NCBI GenBank assembly: GCA_965203515.1 | Contig: OZ241907.1 | Coordinates: 2,272,001 to 2,336,000 of the forward strand | Direction: 5' to 3' | Length of the DNA: 64,000 bases | Origin: Spirochaetia bacterium | GTDB taxonomy: Bacteria > Spirochaetota > Spirochaetia > SZUA-6 > Bin103 | In this document: in pieces, positions 31,663-42,675 of the stretch | Numbering within the stretch: the first letter of the stretch is position 1 | How the letters are laid out: each line of letters begins with the position of its first letter | The notes under the pieces: generated by a model | What the model saw: only the letters and a program-made list of their open reading frames with translations | What the model was told of the DNA's origin: nothing | Database searches by the model: none | Program-made: the position numbers and the translations under genes

Positions 31663-31758
31663 GTCGTCCCAAAAGACGCGCAAGCGTATTACCGCTCAGG
31701 CGTCCGTCATCGTCTCGGTTTCGAGCGCTGCCGGGGACACTATCAGTGGTGTGCGACA

Positions 31759-31832
31759 TGGAGGTATGGGGACTCGAACCCCAGACCTATGGCTTGCAAA
31801 GCCATCGCTCTGGCCACCTGAGCTATACCCCC
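31759..31832 (-). tRNA. tRNA-Ala(TGC)
   Basis: GGGGGTATAGCTCAGGTGGCCAGAGCGATGGCTTTGCAAGCCATAGGTCTGGGGTTCGAGTCCCCATACCTCCA; G3:U70 pair; CCA tail not encoded after the discriminator A. Confidence 0.96.
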
Positions 31833-31979
31833 GGCAATCGGCGCCGGCGACTGCCGCACGGCATCCGAGCGCTTCCGTGACAACGAAAGGGAATGGGGAA
31901 GAGCGGGGTCGTCGCACGCAGGCCAAAGCCTGCTTGCCATCGCCGATCACCGCTGACCGGCGATGGCGTCTGCTCTTGA

Positions 31980-33533
<1,554 letters not shown>

Positions 33534-33611
33534 GATATGTGCAGGGCTTCCGCCCGAAGGCATCCGCCCTGCGAATCTACATTCGAGGACCCCACTCTCC
33601 CCATCCCTGTG

Positions 33612-33624
33612 ATGTCAAAGAAGC
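33612..33624 (-). promoter_or_regulatory. Leader boxA-like element of the rRNA operon
   Basis: Minus strand GCTTCTTTGACAT about 80 nt upstream of 16S. Confidence 0.5.
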
Positions 33625-33730
33625 GCTGATTCCGGCCCCTTGCGAGCCCGGAGCGCCGCCGGACGGGCATGATGTGAGCCCGACCGACTCACGGCTCCCT
33701 TTCTTCATCCCGGGAGCCGTGACAAGGAGT

Positions 33731-34162
33731 CTATGCACGATCGATCGGGTCCGTCAAGCGCTCCGCGTCGTTTTTTTCATCTTTCGTCATCGACTCCCCA
33801 GCAGGTCCCCCGGCCGCGCCCTGCCCGGCCGCGCTCTGGGCCGCCAGCTGCTCCAGCGCCGCGCGCTTCGCTGCGCACCGGCCCGCCACGTCGTCGATCT
33901 GCAGCATGAGGTCCTTCACGCCGGGCGTCCCCCGCGATACCGTGGCTTGGCCCTGGGCGCCCAGCCGATCGTGGATCAGAGACCCCAACTCCTCCAGGAG
34001 CCGCCCGCGCTGCCGTTCGAGCTGCAGCAGGTCAAGGCGGAGCGCACCCCGCTCGCCCAACTCCCGAGCTTTCGATCGGGCGCGGTCCAGGGCGTCGCGC
34101 GAGCCCTTGAGCCCCTGATTGACGGCCCGTTCGACACCGCGCCAAAGGGCGCTGCCAGCCAT
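33731..34162 (-). CDS. Hypothetical coiled-coil protein
   Basis: Helical heptad pattern (ARSKARELGERGALRLDLLQLERQRGRLLEELG). Confidence 0.65.
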   Translation of the reverse strand: MAGSALWRGVERAVNQGLKGSRDALDRARSKARELGERGALRLDLLQLERQRGRLLEELGSLIHDRLGAQGQATVSRGTPGVKDLMLQIDDVAGRCAAKRAALEQLAAQSAAGQGAAGGPAGESMTKDEKNDAERLTDPIDRA

Positions 34163-34326
34163 AGCGACAGACAGGGTACTACAATCGGCGCCCCGCTACA
34201 ATCGGCGGACGCCAGCCACCGCGCCGAGCGACCGGTTCGGAGCGCCGGTCCGAGACCAGCGACCGGCGCTCCGACGCGGTCGACCGCGGCTTCGCTTCGC
34301 ACTACACTCCTGCGGTGACTCGTTCC

Positions 34327-35583
34327 ATGAACCGCTACAAGATCAAGGATACCGCCCTCGCGGATCAGGGCGCGCTGAAGCTCCGCTGGGCGGAATCACG
34401 CATGCCGGTGCTTCAGCACCTGCGCAGCCTGCACCGCGACTCGAAGCCGCTTGCCGGCATGCGGATCGCCGGTTGCCTGCACGTGACCAAGGAGACCGCG
34501 ATCCTGGTCCGCGCCCTGAGGGACGCCGGCGCGGAGCTGGCATGGTCGGGTTGCAATCCGTTGTCGACCCAGGACGACGTGGCCGCGGCGCTGGCGGCGG
34601 AGGGCGTCCCGATCTACGCGTGGCACGGCCTTTCCACCGATCAGTTCTACTGGTGCATCGACCAGACCCTGGCCGTCGGCCCCACCCTGACGCTCGACGA
34701 CGGCGCCGACCTCATCTTTCGCGCGCATGCGGCCGGCGACGACGTGACCGCCGGCATCGTCGGCGGCACCGAAGAGACCACCACCGGCGTGCATCGACTC
34801 CGGGCCATGGCCGACGACCATGCACTCCGGTACCCCGTGATCGCGGTGAACGACGCCGCCACCAAGTGGGACTTCGACAACGTCTACGGCACCGGGCAGT
34901 CGGCGCTCGACGGCGTGCTGCGCGCCACCTCGGTGCTGTTGGCCGGCAAGCGTGTCGTGGTCGCCGGCTATGGACACTGCGGACGCGGCGTGGCGCAGCG
35001 CGCGCGCGGCCTTGGCGCCAACGTCGTGGTGACCGAGGTCGATCCGATCGCGGCGCTGCAGGCGACCCTGGAAGGGTTCGACGTAACCACGATGGAGTCG
35101 GCCAGTTCCATGGGCGACGTGTTCGTCACCACGACCGGCATCCGCGACGTGATCACCCGCCGGCACTTCGAGCGTATGAAGGACGGGGCGATCGTATGCA
35201 ACGCCGGCCACTACGACTGCGAAATCAACCTGCACGACCTGGCCGAAGTCACCGTAAGCTCCGAGGAGGTGCGGGCCAACAATCGCGAGCACGTGTTGCG
35301 CGACGGCCGGCGGCTGTACGTTCTGGCGCAAGGCCGTCTGGTGAATCTGGCCGCCGCGGAGGGCCACCCGCCGGAAGTGATGGACATGTCGTTCGCCAAC
35401 CAGTTCCTGTCACTGATCAGGCTGGCCAAAGAGGGCAGCTCCATGCCGCCGCGCGTGTACCCGGTGCCGGACCGGCAGGACCGGGAGATCGCCGCCGTCA
35501 AGCTGCGGACGATGGGTATCGAGATCGACGCGCTCACCGCCGAGCAGCAGGCCTACCGGACCGACTACGCTCAAGGCACGTAG
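34327..35583 (+). CDS. ahcY: Adenosylhomocysteinase
   Basis: GCLHVTKET, CNPLSTQD, EETTTGVHRL, FDNVYGTGQS, GYGHCGRG, GHPPEVMDMSF. Confidence 0.96.
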   Translation: MNRYKIKDTALADQGALKLRWAESRMPVLQHLRSLHRDSKPLAGMRIAGCLHVTKETAILVRALRDAGAELAWSGCNPLSTQDDVAAALAAEGVPIYAWHGLSTDQFYWCIDQTLAVGPTLTLDDGADLIFRAHAAGDDVTAGIVGGTEETTTGVHRLRAMADDHALRYPVIAVNDAATKWDFDNVYGTGQSALDGVLRATSVLLAGKRVVVAGYGHCGRGVAQRARGLGANVVVTEVDPIAALQATLEGFDVTTMESASSMGDVFVTTTGIRDVITRRHFERMKDGAIVCNAGHYDCEINLHDLAEVTVSSEEVRANNREHVLRDGRRLYVLAQGRLVNLAAAEGHPPEVMDMSFANQFLSLIRLAKEGSSMPPRVYPVPDRQDREIAAVKLRTMGIEIDALTAEQQAYRTDYAQGT

Positions 35584-35641
35584 TCGGGCACGTAGTCACC
35601 CAGGCCGCAACGGCGCTTGTCCGCCATTACTCCCCGACCTC

Positions 35642-36307
35642 ATGAAGATCGTCCTCCTCGGGCCGCCGGGCGCCGGTAAGGGCACGGTCGCCAGCGTGCT
35701 GGCCGGCCGCACCGGCATCCTCCACGTCTCCACCGGCGACCTGTTCCGCGCCGCGGTGAAGGAACGGAGCCCGCTCGGCCGCCGCGTGGCCGCCCTGCTG
35801 CAGTCCGGCACGCTGGTCCCCGACTCGCTCACCATCGCCGTGGTGCGCGAGCATCTGACGACCATGCCCGGGAGATCGGCGTTCATCCTGGACGGGTTTC
35901 CCCGAACCGTCCCGCAGGCCGAGGCGCTGGCCGATCTTGCCGACATCTGCGCCGCGGTCGAGCTGATCGTGCCCGAGCGGGAAGTGGTCCGACGTCTGTC
36001 CGGCCGCCGCACCTGCAGCGCCTGCGGGACCACCTTCAACGTCGCTTCGATGCCGGCGAACGCCGCGCGCTACTGCTCACCGGTGCAGCGCGAGGACGAC
36101 GACCCGCAGGCGATCCGACGGCGGCTGCACGCCTACCGGGCGCAGACCACCCCGGTGGTCGAGTATTACCGTGCGGCCGGCCTGCTGCGGCGCATCGACG
36201 GCACCGCCACGCCCTCGGAGGTCGCCGACCGCCTGTATGCCGCGGTCTCCGGCTCGACCGATGTACAGGACGGCGTGCGTACTCCTATGATGGGGCCGCA
36301 TCTATGA
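35642..36307 (+). CDS. adk: Adenylate kinase
   Basis: LGPPGAGKGT, STGDLFR, LDGFPRTVPQA, QREDD. Confidence 0.94.
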   Translation: MKIVLLGPPGAGKGTVASVLAGRTGILHVSTGDLFRAAVKERSPLGRRVAALLQSGTLVPDSLTIAVVREHLTTMPGRSAFILDGFPRTVPQAEALADLADICAAVELIVPEREVVRRLSGRRTCSACGTTFNVASMPANAARYCSPVQREDDDPQAIRRRLHAYRAQTTPVVEYYRAAGLLRRIDGTATPSEVADRLYAAVSGSTDVQDGVRTPMMGPHL

Positions 36308-37713
36308 GGGCTGATATCGCGGTGGTCGGGATGGCCGTCATGGGCCGCAACCTGGCCCTCAACATCGAAAGCCGCGGCTTCACGGTCGCGGTCCACAACC
36401 GGACCGTGCGCACGCTCGAAGCGTTCGTCGAAGGCGCCGGCGCCGGGAAGCGGCTCCTGCCGTGCCGCACGCTGCCGGAGCTGGTCGCGGCGCTCGACCG
36501 ACCGCGGCGGGTGTTGCTGATGGTACAGGCCGGCGCGCCGGTCGACGCGGTGCTGGCGGAGCTCGCGCCGATGCTGGAGCCCGGCGACGTCATCCTCGAC
36601 GGCGGCAACTCGTTCTTCGCCGATACCGTACGCCGTTGCCGGGACGCGGAAGACGCCGGCCTGCTGTACCTGGGCACCGGGGTGTCGGGTGGAGACGAGG
36701 GGGCGCTGCGCGGTCCGAGCATCATGCCGGGCGGCAGCCAAGCCGCGTACCGGATCGTCAGCCCGATCCTCACGGCGATCGCCGCGCAGGTCGACGGCAG
36801 CCCCTGCTGCACCTACATCGGCGCCGGCGGCGCCGGCCATTACGTCAAGATGGTGCACAACGGCATCGAGTACGGCGACATGCAGCTCATCGCCGAGGCG
36901 TTCGCCCTGCTGCGGCACCTGTGCGGCATGACCTGCGCGGAGATGCACGAACGCTTCGCGGCCTGGAACCGCGGCGATCTCGACTCCTACCTGATCGAGA
37001 TCACGGCTCGGATACTGGCCGCTACCGACCCGGAGACCGGCGCGCCGATCGTCGACGTGATCCTGGACAAGGCGGGCCAGAAGGGCACGGGGACCTGGAC
37101 CGGGCAGTCCGCGCTGGAACTGGGCGCCCCGGCGCCCACCATCGCCGAGGCGGTGTTCGCGCGCTCGCTGTCGGCCGCGAAGGCGGAACGGATCGTCGCC
37201 GCCGGCGTCCTGCGCGGTCCCGGCACGACCTTCGCCGGCGACCGCGCGGCATTGGCCGACGCGATCGGCGCCGCGCTCTATGCCGCGAAGATATGCTCGT
37301 ACGCTCAGGGGTTCGCGCTGCTGCGGACCGCGGCCGCCCAATACGACTGGCAGCTCGATTACGGGGCGATCGCGATGATCTGGCGGGGCGGTTGCATCAT
37401 CCGCGCGCGCTTCCTGCGACGGATCAAGGAAGCATACGAGCGCGACCCCGGCTTGGCCAATCTGATGCTCGACCCGTACTTCGCCGACGTCCTGCATGAG
37501 GCGCAGCCCGCCTGGCGGCAGGTCGTCGGGGCGGCCACCGCGGCCGGGATACCGATCCCGGCGTTCGCGTCGGCGCTCAGCTACTTCGACTCCTATCGGA
37601 CCGCCCGCCTGCCGGCAAGCATGATCCAGGCGCAGCGCGACTACTTCGGCGCCCATACGTACGAACGGGTCGACCGCCCTGGCACGTTCCATACCGACTG
37701 GACGTCGACGTGA
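36304..37713 (+). CDS. gnd: 6-phosphogluconate dehydrogenase, decarboxylating
   Basis: GMAVMGRNL, DGGNS, GVSGGDEGA, VKMVHNGIEYGDMQ, WRGGCIIR, QAQRDYFGAHTY. Confidence 0.96.
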   Translation: MRADIAVVGMAVMGRNLALNIESRGFTVAVHNRTVRTLEAFVEGAGAGKRLLPCRTLPELVAALDRPRRVLLMVQAGAPVDAVLAELAPMLEPGDVILDGGNSFFADTVRRCRDAEDAGLLYLGTGVSGGDEGALRGPSIMPGGSQAAYRIVSPILTAIAAQVDGSPCCTYIGAGGAGHYVKMVHNGIEYGDMQLIAEAFALLRHLCGMTCAEMHERFAAWNRGDLDSYLIEITARILAATDPETGAPIVDVILDKAGQKGTGTWTGQSALELGAPAPTIAEAVFARSLSAAKAERIVAAGVLRGPGTTFAGDRAALADAIGAALYAAKICSYAQGFALLRTAAAQYDWQLDYGAIAMIWRGGCIIRARFLRRIKEAYERDPGLANLMLDPYFADVLHEAQPAWRQVVGAATAAGIPIPAFASALSYFDSYRTARLPASMIQAQRDYFGAHTYERVDRPGTFHTDWTST

Positions 37714-38507
37714 CCGCTTCGCCGCTCTTCTCGCTGGACTGCACCGTCGCCATCTCGGGCGGCGGAGCGACCTTGGCGATCGGTATGGCGCGCGGCCTGC
37801 TGGACGCCGGCGCGCGCGTCGCGGTCTGGAGCCGCCGAGCGGAGACGGTCGACCGCGCGCTGAGCACGCTCGACGCTCCGGGCCGGACGACCGGCGCGGT
37901 CGCCGACGCCGGATCGCCCGACGCGATCCGGCAGGCGCTCGCGCACACCGAGGAACGCCTGGGGAGTCCGGGCGTCCTGATCAACGCGGTCGGCGGCAAC
38001 CTGAGCGCCGGCCCGTTCACCGAGATCGACGTAGCCGTCTTCCGGAAGACGATCGAGCTCAACCTGATCGCCGGCTGCGTGGTCCCGACCCAGGTCGTCG
38101 CGGCGTACTGGATCGATCGCGGGGTTCCGGGCTCCATCGTCAACATCGCATCGATGTCCTCGTACAAACCGCTGTCGCGCGTCTGGGCCTACGGGGCGGC
38201 GAAGGCGGGCGTGATGAACCTCACGGAGGCGACGGCAAAGGAGTTCGCTCCCCACGGCATCCGCGTGAACGCGATCGCGCCGGGGTTCTTCCTTGCCGAG
38301 CAGAACCGGCGACTGCTGATCGACGAACGGACCGGCGAACCGACCGAGCGCGGCCGGCAGGTGCTGGGCCGCACCCCGTTCGCGCGGTTCGGCGAACCGG
38401 AAGAGCTGGCCGGCGCCGCGGTATTCCTGGCAAGCGCGGCTGCTTCCGGGTTTGTGACCGGCGCGACGATCCCGGTCGATGGCGGCTTTCTGGTGGACAA
38501 CATTTGA
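37710..38507 (+). CDS. SDR family sugar-acid oxidoreductase (D-mannonate oxidoreductase-like)
   Basis: INAVGGN, YGAAK, RVNAIAPGFF, QNRRLL...PTERGRQVLGRTPFARFGEPEEL, PVDGGF. Confidence 0.75.
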   Translation: MTASPLFSLDCTVAISGGGATLAIGMARGLLDAGARVAVWSRRAETVDRALSTLDAPGRTTGAVADAGSPDAIRQALAHTEERLGSPGVLINAVGGNLSAGPFTEIDVAVFRKTIELNLIAGCVVPTQVVAAYWIDRGVPGSIVNIASMSSYKPLSRVWAYGAAKAGVMNLTEATAKEFAPHGIRVNAIAPGFFLAEQNRRLLIDERTGEPTERGRQVLGRTPFARFGEPEELAGAAVFLASAAASGFVTGATIPVDGGFLVDNI

Positions 38508-39754
38508 AGGCCGGCGAAGCGTTGACCTGCCAGGACATCCGCAGCCGCATCGAAGCCGGGACGCCGCGAGCGCTGTACGAGTCGCGGCGGGTGCTGGCGA
38601 TCACGCCCGACGCTACCCGCACCGCGCCGCTGCCGGCGTTGATACGCGCCGTCGACGAGGTGATCGGCGCCCGCGCGCGGCAGCTCGACTACATGGTGGC
38701 GCTCGGCACGCACCCGATCATGCCGGACGAAGCGATCGCCCGGCTCTACGGCGTGAGCCCCGCCGAGCGGGCCGAGCGCTTTGCCGCCAACCGCTTCCTC
38801 AACCACCGCTGGGACACGCCGGGGACGCTGCAGCGGATCGGCTCGTTCACCGAACGTCAGATCGCCGCGGCCACCGACGGCCGTTTCGCCGAAGCGATCG
38901 ACGTGACGATCAATCGGATCGTCTTCGACTATGACCTGTTGCTGATCATCGGTCCGGTCTTCCCGCATGAGATCGTCGGCTTCTCAGGCGGCCACAAGTA
39001 CCTGTTCCCCGGCATCTCCGGCGGCGAGTTTCTGGACTTCTTCCACTGGCTCAGCGCGGTGATCACCTGCATGCGGACGATCGGGCGCAAGGATACGCCG
39101 GCACGCCGCGTCATCGAGCAGGCGGCCGATCTGGTACCGACCGCCTGTCACCTGATCGCCATGGTCGTGCAGCCCGGACAGGAACCGCCCGAGCTCGCCG
39201 GACTGTACGTCGGAGATCCGCGTCAGGCATGGAGCGATGCCGCCGACCATTCCGCCCGCATTCACGTCACCTATACGCCACGCCGCTACCACACCGTGCT
39301 CGGCCACGCCCCGGCGATGTATGACGAGCTGTGGGTAGGCGGCAAGGTGATGTACAAGCTGGAGTCGGTGGTCGCCGACGGCGGCCGGCTGATCATCTAC
39401 GGGCCGCAGATCGACAAGCTCTCGGCCACCTGGGGCGCCTGCCTGGAGCGGGTCGGCTACCACGTCACCGACTACCTGGTGGCGCAGCGGCACCGCTTCC
39501 CGGACGTCCCGCGCGGCGTGCTGGCGCACTCGGCGCTGGTCCGCGGCGTCGGCGAATACCGCGACGGCGTGGAGCGTCCCCGGATCGACGTGGAGCTGGC
39601 CACCGCCCTGCCGCCCTCCCTGTGCAAACGCATCGGGCTCGGTTACCGGGATCCGGCGACCGTGGAGCTGGACGACTACCGGAACCGCGAAGAGTCCGGC
39701 ATTCTGTACGTCCCGCACGCCGGCGAGGTGCTGCATTTGCCGGCGGCCGACTGA
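38504..39754 (+). CDS. LarA-superfamily nickel-pincer 2-hydroxyacid racemase/epimerase
   Basis: PDATRT, ALGTH, NH, FPHEIVGFSGGHKYLFPG, FFHW. Confidence 0.82.
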   Translation: MKAGEALTCQDIRSRIEAGTPRALYESRRVLAITPDATRTAPLPALIRAVDEVIGARARQLDYMVALGTHPIMPDEAIARLYGVSPAERAERFAANRFLNHRWDTPGTLQRIGSFTERQIAAATDGRFAEAIDVTINRIVFDYDLLLIIGPVFPHEIVGFSGGHKYLFPGISGGEFLDFFHWLSAVITCMRTIGRKDTPARRVIEQAADLVPTACHLIAMVVQPGQEPPELAGLYVGDPRQAWSDAADHSARIHVTYTPRRYHTVLGHAPAMYDELWVGGKVMYKLESVVADGGRLIIYGPQIDKLSATWGACLERVGYHVTDYLVAQRHRFPDVPRGVLAHSALVRGVGEYRDGVERPRIDVELATALPPSLCKRIGLGYRDPATVELDDYRNREESGILYVPHAGEVLHLPAAD

Positions 39755-39766
39755 CGCCGCGGTCGC

Positions 39767-40546
39767 ATGGCACGCCCGCTCCGATTGTTCATCGACTTCG
39801 ACGGCGTAATCTGCGACTCGGCGGCCGAGTGCCTGTTCAGCTCGTGGGCGGCGTACGATCGTCTGGCCCGGAGCGCCGACGTCGGAGCAGCGGCCGTCCG
39901 GCCGCCGGCTGCTCCGCGGGTCGTTCCGATCGCACTGCGAAAGCGCTTCATGCACCTCCGCCCGTTCATCCGCGCCGGCGACGACTATGTCCTGATCCAG
40001 CACCTGTTGGCCGCCGACCGCATGCCGTCGCGCCAGGAGGAGTTCGATCGGGCCCGCCGCGACGCGGGGCCGCAGACCCTGGCCCGTTACGCGGATGCCC
40101 TCAACCGCGTCCGGCAGGAGCTGCTGGCCCACGACCGCGACCACTGGCTGCGCCTGAACCCGCTCTACCCCGGCATGGCGGCGCTGCTGCGGGCCGCCGA
40201 CTGGGAGACGACCTCCATCCTGTCGACCAAGCGCCCGCCGTACATCGCGGCGATCCTCGACTTCCATGCGGTCGCGGTGCCGTCGCAGGCTATCCTGCAC
40301 GCCGCCGCGGCCTCCAAGCTGGAGATGGTCTCCATGGCGCTGAACGAGCGGCCGGACGATCGCGCCGCGCTGGTCGACGATCAGCTCGATCACCTGATCG
40401 GCAACGACGACGGGCGCATCGAGGTCTATCTGGCGGATTGGGGATATGCCAAGCCGGAATGGCTCGCCGACCCGCGCGTCCCCACGCTCGCCCGTACCGG
40501 GCTGGCCGACCTGTTGGCGCGCGCACGGACCGGCGGCGCGTCGTGA
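39767..40546 (+). CDS. HAD-superfamily hydrolase
   Basis: DFDGVICDS, LSTK, LVDD, LADWGY. Confidence 0.8.
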   Translation: MARPLRLFIDFDGVICDSAAECLFSSWAAYDRLARSADVGAAAVRPPAAPRVVPIALRKRFMHLRPFIRAGDDYVLIQHLLAADRMPSRQEEFDRARRDAGPQTLARYADALNRVRQELLAHDRDHWLRLNPLYPGMAALLRAADWETTSILSTKRPPYIAAILDFHAVAVPSQAILHAAAASKLEMVSMALNERPDDRAALVDDQLDHLIGNDDGRIEVYLADWGYAKPEWLADPRVPTLARTGLADLLARARTGGAS

Positions 40547-41376
40547 TCCGCGGACTGCTGCTGGTCTGCTACCTGCTGATCCGCTTCCTGTACGGTGACC
40601 TGCGCGTGGGCTGGTGGAAGCTGTGGGGAACCGGCCGAGCGCCGGCTCCGTCCGGCAGCGGCGCGGGCGGCGGCGACGACCGCGAACGGATGCGGCGCAC
40701 GGCGGTCACCGCGTTCATGCTCCGCGAGGCGCGGCGGCTGATCCGCGGCGCGGAGGCGCTGACGGGATTCCGCACCGTTGCCGAATCGGCGCTGACGGAG
40801 CTGCCGCCCGTGTTCGTACTGGTGAGCAATCACCAGAGCCTGCTGGACATCCCCATCCTGATCACGGCGCTGCCGCAGAGGCGGCTCAAGTTCATCGCCA
40901 AGCGATCGCTGAAGTACGGTATCCCGCTGGTGTCGAAGTGCCTGCGCTACGGCGGAGACGCCCTGATCGTCCGGCCTAGCGGCCGCTTCGAATCGCATCA
41001 GGTGCGCCTGCTGCTCCGCGAGCTGCAACGCTTTGCCGCGCTCGCCGACGAGGGGATCTGTCCGGTCATCTTTGCCGACGGCACCCGATCGCGGGACGGC
41101 GCCGTGCACCGATTCCACACCGGGGGACTTGCCGCGGTCCTGGCGCGCCGGCCGCTACCGATCGTAACGGTCGCAGTCGACGGCGGCTACCGGCTGCGGG
41201 GCGTCATCGGCCTTGCCCGCGTGGGGCGAACCCGCTATCGGGTGAAGTTCCTGTCGGTGTACCGGCCGCCGGCCGGCAAGGGCGAGTTGCGCGCGCTCGT
41301 GCAGCGCATGCACGCAGAGATCGCGGCGCAGGTCGAGCGCTGGAGGCGGGAGCCGCCCACCCTCATACCGGGCTGA
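40543..41376 (+). CDS. Lysophospholipid acyltransferase (PlsC family)
   Basis: SNHQSLLD, FIAKRSL, FADGTRSRDG; GTGA overlap with the upstream gene. Confidence 0.82.
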   Translation: MIRGLLLVCYLLIRFLYGDLRVGWWKLWGTGRAPAPSGSGAGGGDDRERMRRTAVTAFMLREARRLIRGAEALTGFRTVAESALTELPPVFVLVSNHQSLLDIPILITALPQRRLKFIAKRSLKYGIPLVSKCLRYGGDALIVRPSGRFESHQVRLLLRELQRFAALADEGICPVIFADGTRSRDGAVHRFHTGGLAAVLARRPLPIVTVAVDGGYRLRGVIGLARVGRTRYRVKFLSVYRPPAGKGELRALVQRMHAEIAAQVERWRREPPTLIPG

Positions 41377-42223
41377 TTTCCCAGCGCCGATTCGCCTCAT
41401 CGAACCGGAAGTCTCCGAAGTCGATGCCGAGAACGACCCCATCCGCGCCGCTGATGCGGGCGCGGCGGGTCAGCGCGTTCAACTCGATCACGCGGAACCG
41501 GTCGCCCTGGTAATAGACCGACTTGCCTTCCTTGGGGACCGAACGGCGCGCCTCACGATAGAAATCGTACTCATACGCAAGGCAGCAGAGCAGGCGCCCG
41601 CACTGCCCGGAGATGCGCCGCGTATCGAGCGACAGTCCCTGCTCGCGGGCCATGCGCACCGTCACGCGCGGCCGACGGTCGGTGACCCCATTGCAGCAGA
41701 GGACCCGACCGCAGACCCCGGCGCCGCCGATGATGCGGGTTTCGTCGCGCATGCCGACCTGCTGCAAATCGATGCGCATACCGACCTCATGCGACAACTC
41801 GCCTACCAGACGGCGGAAGTCGACGCGCTTCTCCGCCGTGAAGTAGAGGATCAACATGCCGCCGCCGAACACCACGTGCGCGGCGACCAGCTTCAGCGTC
41901 AAGCCGACCCGATCGAGGCGGAGGCGACAGGAGCGGAGCAGATCGCCGGCCAACTCGCGGTTGCGTTCGAAGTCGTCCAGATCGCGGGCGTCCGTTTGGC
42001 GGATCACCTCGAACAGCTCGGCGCCGCGCAGCTCCGCTTCGTCATGGACCGGCCCCAGCACGCGGCCGACCTCGGAGCCGTGGCGGGTCGGCACGATGAC
42101 GCCGGCGCCGGTCCCCAGGTCGATCGCCTCGGACGCGGGCGGTGGCACGCACAAACAGGTCTCGCTGGAGTGGATCAGCTTGACGCGAACGACTTGGCCG
42201 CTCACCGCCGCGGCGGACGTCAC
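41363..42223 (-). CDS. PSP1/RicT (YaaT) family Fe-S protein
   Basis: FTAEKRVDFRRLV, GAGVCGRVLCC, ISGQCGRLLCCLAYE. Confidence 0.88.
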   Translation of the reverse strand: MTSAAAVSGQVVRVKLIHSSETCLCVPPPASEAIDLGTGAGVIVPTRHGSEVGRVLGPVHDEAELRGAELFEVIRQTDARDLDDFERNRELAGDLLRSCRLRLDRVGLTLKLVAAHVVFGGGMLILYFTAEKRVDFRRLVGELSHEVGMRIDLQQVGMRDETRIIGGAGVCGRVLCCNGVTDRRPRVTVRMAREQGLSLDTRRISGQCGRLLCCLAYEYDFYREARRSVPKEGKSVYYQGDRFRVIELNALTRRARISGADGVVLGIDFGDFRFDEANRRWEISPV

Positions 42224-42675
42224 GACGACCCCGGCGGCAGGGACGGCGGCGGTATCGGCCCATCGTCACGGTCACCATCTTCGCCGTCCGTCAATGCGGC
42301 GGTCTCCGCGCGTTCGCCTCCGGCGCGTTCGCCTCCCGCGTGGCACCGTCCGCAGAACCGGCCGCCGTCTTCGACGATCAGGCGCGGCGTGCGGATCGTG
42401 CCGACCACGGTTGCGGTCGAGCGCAGCTCGACCAGCTCGGAGGCGACGATGTTCCCCCGCATGACGCCGGCGACGACCACCGTACCGGCGTGCACGGTAC
42501 ATTCGGTCTGACCGGTGCGGCCGATGAGAACCCGGTCGCTGGCGTGCACCACACCGTTGAAATGGCCGTCGATGCGCAGCATCCCGGTCAGATCGAGCTG
42601 ACCGGTCAACCGCGTGCCCTGTCCTACGATCGAGTCGACGGTCGCCTCGCCGCCGCGCAGCCGATCGGTCGTCAT
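42220..42675 (-). CDS. Bactofilin (polymer-forming cytoskeletal protein)
   Basis: SIVGQGTRLTG, LRIDGHFNG, GNIVASELVEL, LIVEDGGRFCG. Confidence 0.9.
   Translation of the reverse strand: MTTDRLRGGEATVDSIVGQGTRLTGQLDLTGMLRIDGHFNGVVHASDRVLIGRTGQTECTVHAGTVVVAGVMRGNIVASELVELRSTATVVGTIRTPRLIVEDGGRFCGRCHAGGERAGGERAETAALTDGEDGDRDDGPIPPPSLPPGSS

Noticed and set aside
35575..35597. Direct repeat ggcacgtagtc at the ahcY stop as an integration scar
   Set aside because: Copies are 1 nt apart with nothing inserted; a local micro-duplication.
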